Shown here: positions 46,408 through 59,590 of the stretch, piece after piece | How positions within the stretch are numbered: position 1 is the first letter of the stretch | How the letters are laid out: every line of letters starts with the position of its first letter | Source: Leucoraja ocellata | Taxonomy: Eukaryota | Direction: 5' to 3' | DNA: 64,000 nucleotides | NCBI GenBank assembly: GCA_036785375.1 | Contig: JAWMAR010000359.1 | Location: forward strand, 1,240,001 to 1,304,000 | The notes under the pieces: generated by a model | What the model was told of the DNA's origin: nothing | Databases searched by the model: none | What the model saw: the letters and a program-made list of their open reading frames with translations, nothing else | Position numbers and translations under genes: made by a program

Positions 46408-46861
46408 CTGCAAAAGAAAATTGAAGATATTATTGTTGCTTCTGCATGTCAATACAAATAACCTCAAAAGTTATCCATCTCCTGGATAAAAAAGTAGCTA
46501 ATTGCAGTAACCAAAGAGAAAGCTTGCACTTGTGTTAGCCAGTGAATATTTCACTTCCCACTTGACAAGAACAGACACAAACCACACTTGCTTAATAGTA
46601 ATCTACTGCTGACAGTATTTTGTGGAAAGGATGACAGTGAATTCAAGCTGCAATAAAGGAAAAGATACCAAAACACAGTACAAATGTATTGTAGAAGCAT
46701 CTACAATTAAATGCTTTCATCAAATCAAAAAATATATTACTCAAGAAATATATTACTCAAGAAATATTTTTTAAAAGCAACACCACACAAGTGATGTCAA
46801 ATGCCTGAAAATAATCATACCATTAACCAATTCATGCAGCCAGCTCATTATAACTAATGAC

Positions 46862-47061
46862 NNNNNNNNNNNNNNNNNNNNNNNNNNNNNNNNNNNNNNN
46901 NNNNNNNNNNNNNNNNNNNNNNNNNNNNNNNNNNNNNNNNNNNNNNNNNNNNNNNNNNNNNNNNNNNNNNNNNNNNNNNNNNNNNNNNNNNNNNNNNNNN
47001 NNNNNNNNNNNNNNNNNNNNNNNNNNNNNNNNNNNNNNNNNNNNNNNNNNNNNNNNNNNNN
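46862..47061. other. Assembly gap
   Basis: Run of N. Confidence 1.
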
Positions 47062-47652
47062 AGTGTGAACTGTGAGGAGGATGTTATGAGGATGCAGGGT
47101 GACTTGGACAGGTCGGGTGAATGGGCAGATGCATGGCAGATGCTGTTTAAAGAGGATAAATGTGAGGTTATCCGCTTTGGTAGGAAAAACAGGAAGGCAG
47201 ATTATTATCTGAATGGTGTCAAGTTAGGAAAAGGGGAAGTATAACGAGATCCTGGGGTGCTTGTGCATCAAGTCACTGAAAGTAAGCATGCAAGTACAGC
47301 AGGCTGTGAAGAAAGCGAATGGCATGTTGGCCTTTATAACAAGAGGAGTTGAGTATAGGAGCAACGAGGTTCTTCTGCAGTCGTACAGGGCCCAAGTGAG
47401 ACCACACCTGGAGTATTGTGTGCAGTTTTGGCCTCCATGTTTGAGGAAGGACATTCTTACTATTGAAAGAGTGCAGCGTAGGTTCAAGAGGTTAATTCCC
47501 GGGATGGCGGGACTGTCATATGTTGAAAGAATGGAGTTATTGGGCTTGTATACACTGGAGTTTAGAAGGATGAGAGGAGATCTTATTGAAACTTAAGATT
47601 TTTAAGGGATTGGGCACGCTAGAGGCAGGAAACATGTTCCCAATGTTGGGGG
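47062..47652 (+). mobile_element. CR1 RT fragment
   Basis: [37 protein letters not shown]. Confidence 0.88.
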
Positions 47653-47654
47653 TG

Positions 47655-48087
47655 TGCAGATCATTTAACAAATCATTTATTGCAAGTACATTGCAGACTC
47701 ACAGTTCAGTTGATTCACTGCTTAGAATGACAGCCGTGGCCTCTCCCTCGCGATCTTGCAGAGTGACTGACTCACATCCAGGCATCAGGGATTTTATAAT
47801 CCTGCCTCCCCCACCCCACCCCCCTCCCCCCACAAGGGGCATTACCTTAATCATGGTGATTGACAGGTGAGAGGACCAATCAGCTGATCATGTTTTTTTT
47901 TGTTTTTTTTAAAACACTCATAATATTTTTTACTTTTCATCGATGGGAAAAATCCTTGATGCTGGCTCAGCGGAGGAGGACTGAGTAAGATGGCCAAAAA
48001 TCACAGCGATACAGGGTAGCGCTTTTTCTAAAATCAATATACAGCACAGACAGGAAGTGGTCAAGAAGAGACTTTTAATTATATAGA
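47655..48087 (-). mobile_element. 5' part of a non-autonomous Helitron-like element
   Basis: Minus strand starts A|TCTATATAATTAAAAGT, like the 17886 element. The 3' CTAG end was not found. Confidence 0.5.
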
Positions 48088-48420
48088 TGGGCCAAAAGTG
48101 GGCAGGTGAGATTAGTGTAGATGGAGCATATTGGTCAGACTTGAGCAAGTTAGGCTGAAGAGCCTGTTTCCATGCTGTATGACTCTTCGACTCTATCTAT
48201 AACTCTAGTATAAGGGTAGCGGGAGATTAGTGTATTTCATGGGCAGGTGAGGAAGAGTAGGTTACAAGGCAACAACTGAATGAATGGGGCTTGTATGAAA
48301 CAGAATTACTATCACCCCATTCAATTAGCCTTCCTCCAATTAAATAATTTTGGATTGTCCTTTTCCCTTCACTTAACTAATCTTTAAATTTTCTGACGCA
48401 AGGGTCACTAACTTTGATGT

Positions 48421-48583
48421 AGGCACAAAATACTGGAGTAACTCAGCGGGACAGGCAGCACGTGTGGTCTCGACTCGAAACATCACACATTCCTCTCCAG
48501 AGATGCTGCCTGTCCCGCAGAGTTACTCTGGCATTTTGTGCCTATCTTCGGTGTAAACCAGCATCCGCAGTTCATTCCTACAC
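48421..48583. mobile_element. Penelope-derived fold-back element
   Basis: 40-bp inverted arms 48421-48460 and 48504-48543 (few mismatches), followed by the usual 3' end aaccagcatccgcagttc..taca. Confidence 0.78.
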
Positions 48584-49162
48584 CAACTTTGGTGTGTTCC
48601 CCTACCAAACCTATATAAGTTACCAACCTCGTATCTAACAAACAAATTCAGCTAAACCTTCCTCCTCATTGAACCAGAAACACTGCTCCAGATAATTATC
48701 ATGGAGGTATTTCTATTTAAGAAACTCTACTTCCCCTCTGCCCTCAATACTATTAATATCACTGTTTACATTGGGATAATTAAGTACCCAATTATCTACC
48801 CTGTATTTGTTCCATTGTCTGTAATCTCCCTGCACATATGTACAGTACCTCCCATTCATTCCTGACCCAAGGAGTCTTTCCAGCAGTCTAAATGTTCCCT
48901 CTCATATTTCTTAGTTCTATCTTTTAATCCATGTGACATCGTTAGTTTAAAAAGATATATCCACAAGACAAACACAGTAGCATAGTTTATCGGGTTGTAC
49001 ATCATGTAAACAGGCTCTTCAACCAGTGTTTCCACTTTGAAGGAAATTACCCAAAATTCGGAAAATTCTTGTTGTCTTTGGGTAATTTTAGGGAAATTAA
49101 AACATTTCAGGAAAATTCCGCATCCGGCCTGCGGGATGATTTTGGGGGAGAAAGTGTATATT

Positions 49163-49464
49163 NNNNNNNNNNNNNNNNNNNNNNNNNNNNNNNNNNNNNN
49201 NNNNNNNNNNNNNNNNNNNNNNNNNNNNNNNNNNNNNNNNNNNNNNNNNNNNNNNNNNNNNNNNNNNNNNNNNNNNNNNNNNNNNNNNNNNNNNNNNNNN
49301 NNNNNNNNNNNNNNNNNNNNNNNNNNNNNNNNNNNNNNNNNNNNNNNNNNNNNNNNNNNNNNNNNNNNNNNNNNNNNNNNNNNNNNNNNNNNNNNNNNNN
49401 NNNNNNNNNNNNNNNNNNNNNNNNNNNNNNNNNNNNNNNNNNNNNNNNNNNNNNNNNNNNNNNN
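49163..49464. other. Assembly gap
   Basis: Run of N. Confidence 1.
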
Positions 49465-49795
49465 AGGAGTAGGGGGAGAGAGGAGTAGGGGGAGAGAGGA
49501 GTAGGGGGAGAGAGGGAGAGAGGGGGAGAGAGGGAGAGAGGAGGAGGGGGAGAGAGGAGGAGGGGGAGAGAGGAGGAGGGGGAGAGAGGAGGAGGGGGAG
49601 AGAGGAGGAGGGGGAGAGAGGAGGAGGGGGAGAGAGGAGGAGGGGGAGAGAGGAGGAGGGGGAGAGAGGAGGAGGGGGAGAGAGGAGGAGGGGGAGAGAG
49701 GATGGGGAGGGAGGAGACGGGGAGAGGGAGGGGAGGGGAGGAGAGGAGAGAGGGAGGGTAGAGAGGAAGGGGAGAGATGGGAGAGGGAGAGAGAG
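49465..49795 (+). repeat. Polypurine minisatellite, 16-bp unit AGGAGGAGGGGGAGAG
   Basis: Tandem array, almost all G and A, abutting a gap. Confidence 0.92.
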
Positions 49796-52149
49796 GTGCA
49801 TAACACTGCACAAATGAGTAACAGAAGCAGACAGATACGGTGTATTTACATAGATCTGTTTTGCCTTGTTCTTCTTTGTGTTGTTAACGTGTGCCCGCGA
49901 AAGAAAAACAACAACACATACCATGCAGGAAGCATTTTTGAAATACCATCAAATTCCAGGAAATTTGGGATTCTTTTTCAGGAAAAAAAATGGAGGTGTG
50001 GAAGCATTGTCTTAAACCCAACTCCTCCGCACAGAATAGGATGTCTACCCAAGGTAGTACCATTTGACTGTCCTTGGCCCATATCCCTCAAAACCTTTCC
50101 AGTTCATTAACTTGGATATGAATTTATTTTAAAACTTGTAATCGTACCTACCTTTAAAGCTTCGTCTGGCAGCTTATTCTATATAGTCACCACCTTCAAC
50201 ATTATGAATATGCTGTTCAGGTCCTTTTGATTTTTTCTTTGAATTTATGTAAACTTAATTGCAAAATTGTAACCATTCATTGATTGGCTCACATGATCTG
50301 TATACCCAATTTACTGAAGTCCATGATTAATTTTAACAACTCCTTTGGGAAAAATTAAGAACTGTACATCTTTTTTTAATCATTTCACAAAACTCTCTAA
50401 TAATAAATTCAGTATTAATTAGTCTCCCCCAACTTTGAGACTTTACAACACAAGAAAAATAAATATATCATTTGTTTTTTGTCATTACAGTCAGAAGATA
50501 ACTGCGACATTTTACTGTTCAACAATTATGCCCTAGTACAGAATTCACTCGTGCTTTTATTCCCTGAAGACACATGACAGGCGAGATTCTATTCTTTGCT
50601 GTATGTCCACTTGCAAACAAAAGAATTCAAGTTCACAGCTGATTATATCCCTTAAAGATAACTATCAATAAACATTAAATTAAAGAAAGTCAAACAATTT
50701 CTGATATAATCCACTTGTTGGTTCTGTTCATGCCTTGAATATCAACCAGAAAATATATGCAGATACACTTCAGCATTCATTGAAAAGAAAAAGAAATTAT
50801 CAATTGCATGGGTTCTGTTGAGTGATAAAATAACATTATCCAATTTAATTAATGAGAAAAGTCCTATCAGAGGTCAATTCCAGCATAAACAGAAAATGCT
50901 GCAATGACCAAGGAGGTCAGTTAGCTTGTGTGGAAATAGAAACATAATGAATATTTCAGGTCAAAGACTCTTCGTCAGAAATGTAAAAGAGAATAAACAA
51001 ATTGGTTTTAAGTTGCAGAGAAAATTGGGGTAGGCATGAATAGGTCAAGTGAAATGTCCCCTATAAAATCAAACAAGGGTCATAGTCACAGTCATACGGA
51101 AAACACAATCTGCATGGACAATCAACCAAGCACTAATCCTACATTAATGCCAAATAATAAACTGCTGGAAAAACTCAGCAGATATTGCTTGACCTGCTGA
51201 TCCTCCCAGCAGTTTATTATTGCTCAATATTCCAACAACTGCAGTCTCTTGATATTAACCCAATTTTAAAAAAACCCTTCAGGATTCTTACAGGTCATGT
51301 ACACACTGGGAACAAATTACAGTGGCCAGCCGACTAACCCAGATCCCATTGGAATTTAAGAGCACACTACATCTTTGGAGTAAACAGGAGACAAGAGAAG
51401 GTGCAAACTCCACGTTGACATCTCAGCAGAGGTCAAAATCGAAACCAAATTTCTGGCATTATGAGACTAAAGATCTACTAGTTGTGCTAGTGCCACAGAG
51501 ATCAAACAATCATCGTTACACTGCATAGGAAGTTGGTATCTCCATGGTCCATGGCGACTGTCAAGCAACTATGTATCTACACCAATCTTATCTTTACTTC
51601 TCTAACCATCCTATCAACCATGTCATCACACACACACACACACCTCGTCTCCTTCTCCCCTTCACTGGGGAAACACAGTAGCCAATTAGTCTACCATATC
51701 GAAGAAAACCAGAGCACCTTGTAAAATCCCTGCAGTGACAAGGGATTCCACACATACAGCATCCAACTGCTATGCCACAGCCACATATTATGAATGAAGT
51801 CAGCTGGTTGATGAAATGGTATGCAATTAGAGTGTCAAGGCAAGCAGAGGAACATAACAAATTCTGAAACAATGAAACTACTGTAACAACATTCAAAGAC
51901 ATTTGGACAGGAACATGGATCGGAATGGTTTAGAGGGAGATAGGCCAAATGTGGGCAGATGAGACTAGATTAGATAGATCATCTTGGTCGGCAAATTGGG
52001 CCAAAGAGCCAGTTTCCATGCTGTATGACTTATGCAGTTAGACAGTGAATGCACAAAACAAGGGAATGCATAAGTTGTGAAATGAAAAACTGTCTAACAC
52101 ATCCAGCAGGTCAGACTATCGTAATGGAGTGAGAAAAGTTGGCAGTAAC

Positions 52150-52640
52150 AGAGATGGGCTGGCCAATCTGACAGAGGAACCAAGTCGCTCAAAGTTGAAT
52201 TTGTAGAAGGTCCAGAAGGTGTGTAATGTGCCTAAATGCATTGTTCCTCAAATTCACAATGGACCCTGTCATAACAGTCCAAGCACGGATCAATGGATTA
52301 GAGTGGGCATGACATTACAAGTGTCTGACAACAAGATATTCACGGTCACCCATGGGGGCTGAAGACAGGTGCTCAGCAAAGTGAAGACTCAATCCGTGTT
52401 TCAACTTACCCAACAGAGAGAAGGTTACAATGTGGATACCATATGCAGTTGTACCACAACTGGAAGAAGCGCAAGTGAATTGCTGCTTCACCTGGACAGA
52501 GTATCTAGGCATCGGGATGATGGAAAGTGAATTGACAAAAAGACAACTCGCTTCATTACAAAGCAGTATAAGAAGGGGAGAGCTTGGTGGAGATAAAATC
52601 ACGAATGAAAGAGACTCTTTGTCGCTAAAAAGGAAGTAGT
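52150..52640 (-). mobile_element. Old Penelope GIY-YIG fragment
   Basis: QVKQQFTCASS...HFAEHL..PMGD..YLVVRH remnants. Confidence 0.6.
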
Positions 52641-53326
52641 AATTCACCAAAAGCTTCTTCCCTCTTCCGGCATTTGTTTATTACACCAGCCATTGCACAT
52701 TAACCTTGAACAGTCAAATTAAGAGGAAGCCACATGGCCTCTCAAGATGACCCCATGATGTAATACATTTATAATTCATCCTGTACAATGATGGCTCAAT
52801 CTCAAACCTATGCAGGGCAAACTTCTATATCTTGCTTATCCAAAATCTATCTAAAAAAAAACAACTAGCATCACTCTGATTAAAAACTGCTTCATTTGTC
52901 CTAAATGGGCCACTATTTTTAAACACTCACTGCTCATCTGGATCCTCCCTTCACAAAAGAAACATTCCTCAAGATCTCCAATGTTTCAATCAAATCCCCT
53001 CTCACGCATCCACATGCCGTCAAATACAAATCAATCCTCAAGGCACTGGAAAGACACCAATGCAAATTCCACAAAATCTTCCAAATTCCCTTCACGGATT
53101 TGAAAACTAATATCAGTCCAACATCTCCAGCACTGCAGTCCCAGATGTACTGTAGGCTACTCTGGGTAGGCCACATGCCTGACACCAGAAGGGGGGGGGG
53201 GGGGGGGGGGGGGTGGGGAGATAGCTACGTGAATAGCAATGGCTTCCTTTGGCCAAAGGAAGCTTAAACGTGCTTGAATAAGCATACATGCTTAGAAGTG
53301 TGTGACTAATAACACTTAAGATGCTT

Positions 53327-55360
53327 AGAAACATAGAAACATAGAAAATAGGCACAGGAGGCCATTCGGACCTTCGAGCCAGCACCGCCACTCATTGTGA
53401 TCATGTCTGATCATCTCCAATCAATAACCCGTGCCTGCCTTTTCCCCCATATCCCTCGATTCCACTAGCCCCTAGAGCTCTATCTAACTATCTCTTAAAT
53501 CTATCCAGTGACTTGTCCTCCACTGCCCTCTGTGGCAGGGAATTCCACAAATTCACAACTCTCTGGGTGAAAAAAAAATTCTCACCTCAGTCTTAAATGG
53601 CTTCCCCTTTATTCTAAGACTGTGGCCCCTAGTTCTGGACTTGCCCAACATTGGGAATATTTTACCTGCATCTAGCATGTCCAGTCCTTTTATAATGGTC
53701 AATTTTTCTATAAGATATCCCCTCATCCTTCTAAACTCCAGTGAATACAAGCCTAGTCTTTTCAATCTTTCCTCATATGACAGTCCCGCCATCCCAGGGA
53801 TCAATCTCGTGAACCTACGCTGCACTGCCTCAATCACAAGGATGTCCTTCCTCAAATTCGGAGACCAAAACTCGACACAATACTCCAGATGTGGTCTTAC
53901 CAGAGCCTTATACAACTGCAGAAGAACCTATTTACTCCTATACTGAAATTCTATTGTTATGACGGCCAACATTCCATTAGCTTTCTTCACTGCCTGCTGT
54001 ACCTGCACACCAACTTTCAGTGACTGGTGTACAAGGATGCTCAGGTCTCGCTGCACCTCCCCTTTGCCTAACATAACCCCATTGAGATAATAATATGCCC
54101 CCTTATTTTTGCCACCAAAGTGGATAACCTCACATTTATCTAAATTATACTGCATCTGCCACGCATCTGCCCACTCACTCAGCCTGTCCAGGTCACCCTG
54201 CAACCTCCTAACATCCTCTTTACAGTTCACACTGCCACCCAGCTTTGTGTCATCCGCGAACATGCTAGTGTTGCTCCTAATTCCCTCTTCCAAATCATTA
54301 ATATATATGGTAAACAGTTGCCGCCCAGTTTTCTACATTTAGAAAAAATTAGGCTTGTTTTTGGCTGATAAATCAGTCCAATTTTCCAAAATGTGGTCTC
54401 CTTTCATTGAATTTCTTCAACAACAGAATGGTTGAACACAAATTCCAAACCGTTGCTTGGGTTGGGTGAGCGGGTGTAGGGAAGGATAGTGGGACATATC
54501 TCTGCTTTTTTTCTCTCACTTTTGTCAGTACAGTTCAGGGTTTTTTTCTTCTTTCTTTTATTGTATCTTTCTTCTTCCTCTTCATTCTTTCCTTTTTACT
54601 TTTTTTCCGATTTATCATTTTGTAATGTGTTAAAACTGAAGCTGTACGAAAATTGTATGATTGTTATGTCAATTTCTTTCTTCTTGTGCAATTGCTTCTA
54701 GTAAAATAACCATTACAAAAAACAGTTGTGGCCCCAACACCGAGCCTTGCGGCACTCCACTCACCACTGCCTGCCATTCTGATAAGGACCCGTTCACTCC
54801 TACTCTTTGCTTCCAGTCTGCCACCCAATTTTCTATCCATGTCAAAACCCTACCCCCAATACCATGTGCTCCAATTTTAGTCACCAATCTCCCATGCGGG
54901 ACCTTATCAAAGGCTTTCTGAAAGTCTAGATACACAACATCTACTGGCTCCCCTTCATCCATTTTACTTGCCACATCCTCAAAAAACTTCCAGAAGATTA
55001 GTCAAGCATGATTTCCCTTTCATAAATCCATGTTGACTAAGACCAATCCTTTTACTGCTATCCAAAATGCCCCATTATTACCTCTTCAATAATTGACTCT
55101 TAATAATAACTAACAGCATCTTTCCCACCACTGAAGTAAGGCTAACTGGTCTGTAATTCCCCGTTTTCTCTCTCGCTCCTTTCTTGAAAGTCGGATAACA
55201 TTAGCTATCCTCCAATCCACAGGAACCGATCCTGAATTGAAAATAATCACCAATGCGTCCACTATTTCTAGAGCCACCTCCCTGAGGACCCTGGGATGCA
55301 GACCATCAGGCCGAGGAGATCATCCTTCAGTCCCATTAGCCTACCCAATACTATTTCTTG
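53327..55360 (-). mobile_element. CR1 RT to 3' end (about 1.6 kb), split by an L1-like insertion
   Basis: [30 protein letters not shown], then after the insertion FADDTKLGG, LEYCVEFWSP, and a (TTCTATGT)n tail. Confidence 0.9.
54321..54719 (+). mobile_element. L1/Tx1-clade LINE 3' end with a 9-bp TSD
   Basis: LHLEKIRL.....QFSKMWSPFIEFL resembles fish L1 ORF2 C-termini. T-rich UTR and A-rich end. AAACAGTTG duplicated at 54312-54320 and 54720-54728. Confidence 0.7.
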
Positions 55361-57099
55361 CTGAAAGGTATGTCCATGTATATGGAAAACCCAAGCAGTA
55401 TGTTGGGAACACCACCTCACAAGCCTGTCTCATCAGTCTGTTGAACCAATCTGCAGTACCAACAACACCCTCATCATCAACCATTTGATGCTGACCGGGA
55501 CATGCACTCTACCCTGCTTCCTGAAGTTGATGAATAGCTCCTTTAGTTTGCTGACAATGTAAATACAATTTGCATTAAGAGCACACATTTCTTCCTTAAA
55601 ATTTCTAAAGGCAATATTTGGAGCTGCAGGTGCCCACTGCACATAGGTTGTTACTTGTAAGGGAAGCAAACTTCCTCTCAGACCCTTTTGAAGGTAATGG
55701 GGATTCTAACATGCTCATTTAATTATCTTTGCTGGCTAAAATGGTCCTGTCAGATAGCATATGGCATAAGGATCAATTTGCAATGCATGGGTGAATTTTG
55801 AAATGGTTTCATGTCAGATATGATCAGCTTTCTGAAACTCACACTTTCACTTTGACAATAGTGACAGTGCATTTAAAACCAATGAAATGCAAACCACTAC
55901 CTTGCGTTTTCAAGTCCATATTGAAAGCCAAATCTGCTCCATTCCCAGATCACAATTCAGGCTCAGAATTCCTTAACCTCAGCTTCTGTTTTCCGTAGAC
56001 CTACTGTAACTGCTTCAGTACACTCCATGCTGGTAACCTTTATTCAACCGACCACAACCTTCAACATCTAGATTTCTGCTACCCACTAAGCGCTACCATT
56101 GTACAATATAAATTTAAACCATTATCATCCCCATATACTTGAGAGTTTTCCCTTACCATATCAACTTTCCTCTCAACTGTTGTCATCTGTTCCAGCCATA
56201 TATTATTCCAAGATGTCACAGACCAATATTAGACTCTGGCACTTCACCAATGTTAATAATTCCACCATTGACAACCTGTTCATCTACTGGGAAATCTTCA
56301 TCTCCTGGAATTCCCTCATAAATCTGTTCACCTCCCTTACCTTTACAAATCTCATCCACCTTATGACTTCTATTCAAAGACTTTCAGGGTAAGGCAGCAG
56401 CAGATTTTAAAAAATGCAGCTACCATCTGGAAATACTCAAATTTACATTTACCCATTCAATGTGTTTTTACAGTAAACATATTGTAATATTACCTGAAAT
56501 AGAACAATTGATCGCAAGTACATCCTTGTGAAAATTGGTTACATTTGTAATTTTTTCATATGACGAGTTTCTATTTCTAGCATTTGTTCTTATATTTCCT
56601 TGAATCGCTACACATTTCTCTAAAAAAACGACCCGGTCAGTTCAGTCTCCATGTATTCATTTCCAGTAATACATGAAATTTTACTTCAGTTGGATGTGAA
56701 AATCCAGTGACAAATTCTAAATGCAACGACAAAGAATAAACAATGCCAGTGGGCCTTAATATATAAAGACAGGACATGCAAGGCATTATGGAGCATGTGG
56801 AGAAAGGCGTTATTCAGCGAGGAAAGCTATTTCCGGGTGTAGGGCCAACATTCTCAAGATCAATAGGAGAGCTGTCGAGAAAATGCTACATTAACCAATT
56901 CAATAGACAATAGGTGCAGGAGTAGGCCATTCGTCCCTTCGAGCCAGCACCGCCATTCACTGTGATCATGGCTGATCATCCACAATCAGTACCCCGTTCC
57001 TGCCTTCTCCCCAGACTACTCCATCAGACTACTCAACACACTTAAGAAAAATCCATGAACAGTACCCAAACAAAGACAAACAAATTGTGAAAATAACTT

Positions 57100-57390
57100 T
57101 GGCTCAATGTCTCCAGTACGAAATTTGCACTTTTTCTATATTGCACCTTTCATTGTTGCACCCTGTTTAAAATACCTCAAAGTTTTTGCTACATTTTGGT
57201 ACACTGTGAATATTTTAATATTTTAAATAATGTAATGTCTATTGTCTATTTTTATTGGTATGTTGTCTGTCTGTGTTTTTAATATTACTTGCACATTTGG
57301 AGTATGGGGAAACGTAATTTCAATCCTGTGTGTAACTACTGTTGCATAATTGAATTGACAATAAAGTTTACTTTGAACTTTGAACTTTGA
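57100..57390 (+). mobile_element. Rex1-like LINE 3' UTR with an (ACTTTGA)n tail
   Basis: ..aacgtaatttcaatcc..tgacaataaagtttactttgaactttgaactttga. Confidence 0.5.
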
Positions 57391-57519
57391 TATCCTTTGA
57401 CCCTGTTATCTTTAAGAACCTATCATCTGTAAGAACCTACCATTGGGTGGTGCTCCGAACTACAGAAGGACCTCTTTGCTCCTATACTCAACTCCTCTTG
57501 TTATGAAGGCCAACAATTA

Positions 57520-57715
57520 TGACATGTACTGGGGCTGTTTGGGCTACCATGGCGTTGATCCGCTATACCTAGATGATGTAATGGTGAGGTTGCCTGAATA
57601 TATCAATGTTTTGCACGGAAGAGTGGTGCCAGAGACGGCAAATACTATAAAAATCTAGATGGATCTGGGATATTCCAGCAAGATCATTCACCATGCCACA
57701 GATCAAAGATATTTT
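57520..57715 (+). mobile_element. Ancient Tc1/mariner transposase fragment
   Basis: MYWGCLGYHGVDPL...EYINVL then, after a frameshift, GIFQQDHSPCH, matching the Tc1 MxWG and FQQDNAPxH motifs. Confidence 0.6.
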
Positions 57716-58489
57716 TACAGCAGACAGACTGGTCTAGCCACTTGGATGGCCGTAATCTGATTGGCTCGGTGTCAGTACCTCATCATTTTTTATGTCTTTA
57801 GAGAAAGGAAAGGACTTAAGCTGTAAAGAGTGCAGAGAAGAGTTACGAGGATGTTGCCAGGTCCCGAAGTAGAGGGAGAGGTTGGGCAGGCTGGGACTGG
57901 ATTCCTTGAAATGCTAGAGAATGAGAGGTGATCATATAGAGATGTACAACATTATGAGTAGAATAGATAGGGTATCCTGTCTTTTACCCAGAGTATGGGA
58001 ATCAAAAACCAGATTCTGAAGAAGGGTCTCAACCCAAAACGTCACCCATTCCTTCTCTCCAGAGATGATGCCTGTCCCACTGAGTTAAGCCAACATTTTG
58101 TGTCTACGTTCGATTTAAACCAGCATCTGCAGTTCTTCCCTACACAATAACCAGAGGACATTGGTTTAAGTTGAAGGAGGAAATATTCAATGGGAAACTT
58201 TCTCCAGAGGGTGGCGAGTTTATGGAAACTGCTGCTGGAGGACGCACAGACTATAACAACATTTAAAAGAAATGGCCTGTTTCCGTGCTGCAAAAGGATT
58301 TGATTCATATAACCATATAACCATATAACAATTACAGCACGGAAACAGGCCATCTCGGCCCTACAAGTCCGTGCCGAACAAATTTTTTTTTCCCCTTAGT
58401 CCCACCTGCCTGCACTCATACCATAACCCTCCATTCCCTTCTCATCCATATGCATAGCAAAAGGATTTGATTCATAACAAAAGGATTTG

Positions 58490-59120
58490 GTTCATAGCAA
58501 AAAGATTTGAGTATAGGGGCAGGGAGGTTCTACTGCAGTTGTACAGGGTCTTGGTGAGACCACACCTGGAGTATTGCGTACAGTTTTGGTCTCCTAATCT
58601 GAGGAAAGACATTCTTGCCATAGAGGGAGTACAGAGAAGGTTCACCAGACTGATTCCTGGGATGTCAGGACTTCCATATGAAGAAAGACTGGATAGACTC
58701 GGTTTGTACTCGCTAGAATTTAGAAGATTGAGGTGGGATGTTATAGAAACTTACAAAATTCTTAAGGGGTTGGACAGGCTAGATGCAGGAAGATTGTTCC
58801 CGATGTTGGGGAAGTCCAGAACAAGGGGTCATAGTTCAAGGATAAGGGGGAAATCTTTTAGGACCGAGATGAGGAAAACTTTTTTCACACAGAGTGGTGA
58901 ATCTCTGGAATTCTCTGCTGCAGAAGTTAGTTGAGGCCAGTTCATTGGCTATATTTAAGAGGGAGTTAGATGTGGCCCTTGTGGCTAAAGGGATCAGGGG
59001 GTATGGAAAGAAGGCAGGAACAGGATACTGAGTTGGATGATCAGCCATGATCATATTGAATGGCGGTGCAGGCTCGAAGGGCCGAATGGCCTACTCCTGC
59101 ACCTATTTTCTATGTTTCTA
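58490..59120 (+). mobile_element. Young CR1 3' fragment
   Basis: [31 protein letters not shown], tail ttttctatgtttctatgt. Confidence 0.9.
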
Positions 59121-59534
59121 TGTATCGCTAAGTCTAAAGTGAAATCTAAAAGCAAAAGAACAGTGACAAAGAGCAAGTCTTGCTTGGAGACACTAAATAA
59201 TAGAGCGAGGGAGAAAAGCTTCAAGAACATATGTTTTCAAAGTTGGTGGCAGTTGCAGAGAGGATGTTAAAAATAGCCATGTCATAAAAAATACATTCAA
59301 AAATCTACAATTGTGAACAGAACAAATGCACTGGGAAAAACCGGAATCAATAGTGGTTATTAGGACACAGATAGATTTAAAGAATTTAAAAGTTGTGCAG
59401 ATGACATACAAGTTATGCCCATAATATTGCTTGAATGATTCCTAGTTTGCAAAATGTACATGATCCTACTTTTTCTGAAGTCACGAGGGTTATATTGCCA
59501 TATGTCCCAGACAGATCAATGACATTCCTACTTG

Positions 59535-59590
59535 CAGAATATGTAAACAGAATATGTAAACAGAATATGTAAAAAGAATATGTAAACATA
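59535..59590 (+). repeat. 13-bp tandem repeat (CAGAATATGTAAA) x4
   Basis: Direct reading. Confidence 0.85.

Noticed and set aside
53191-53213. Poly-G run as a functional G-quadruplex
   Set aside because: Isolated homopolymer. Length is unreliable and nothing supports function.
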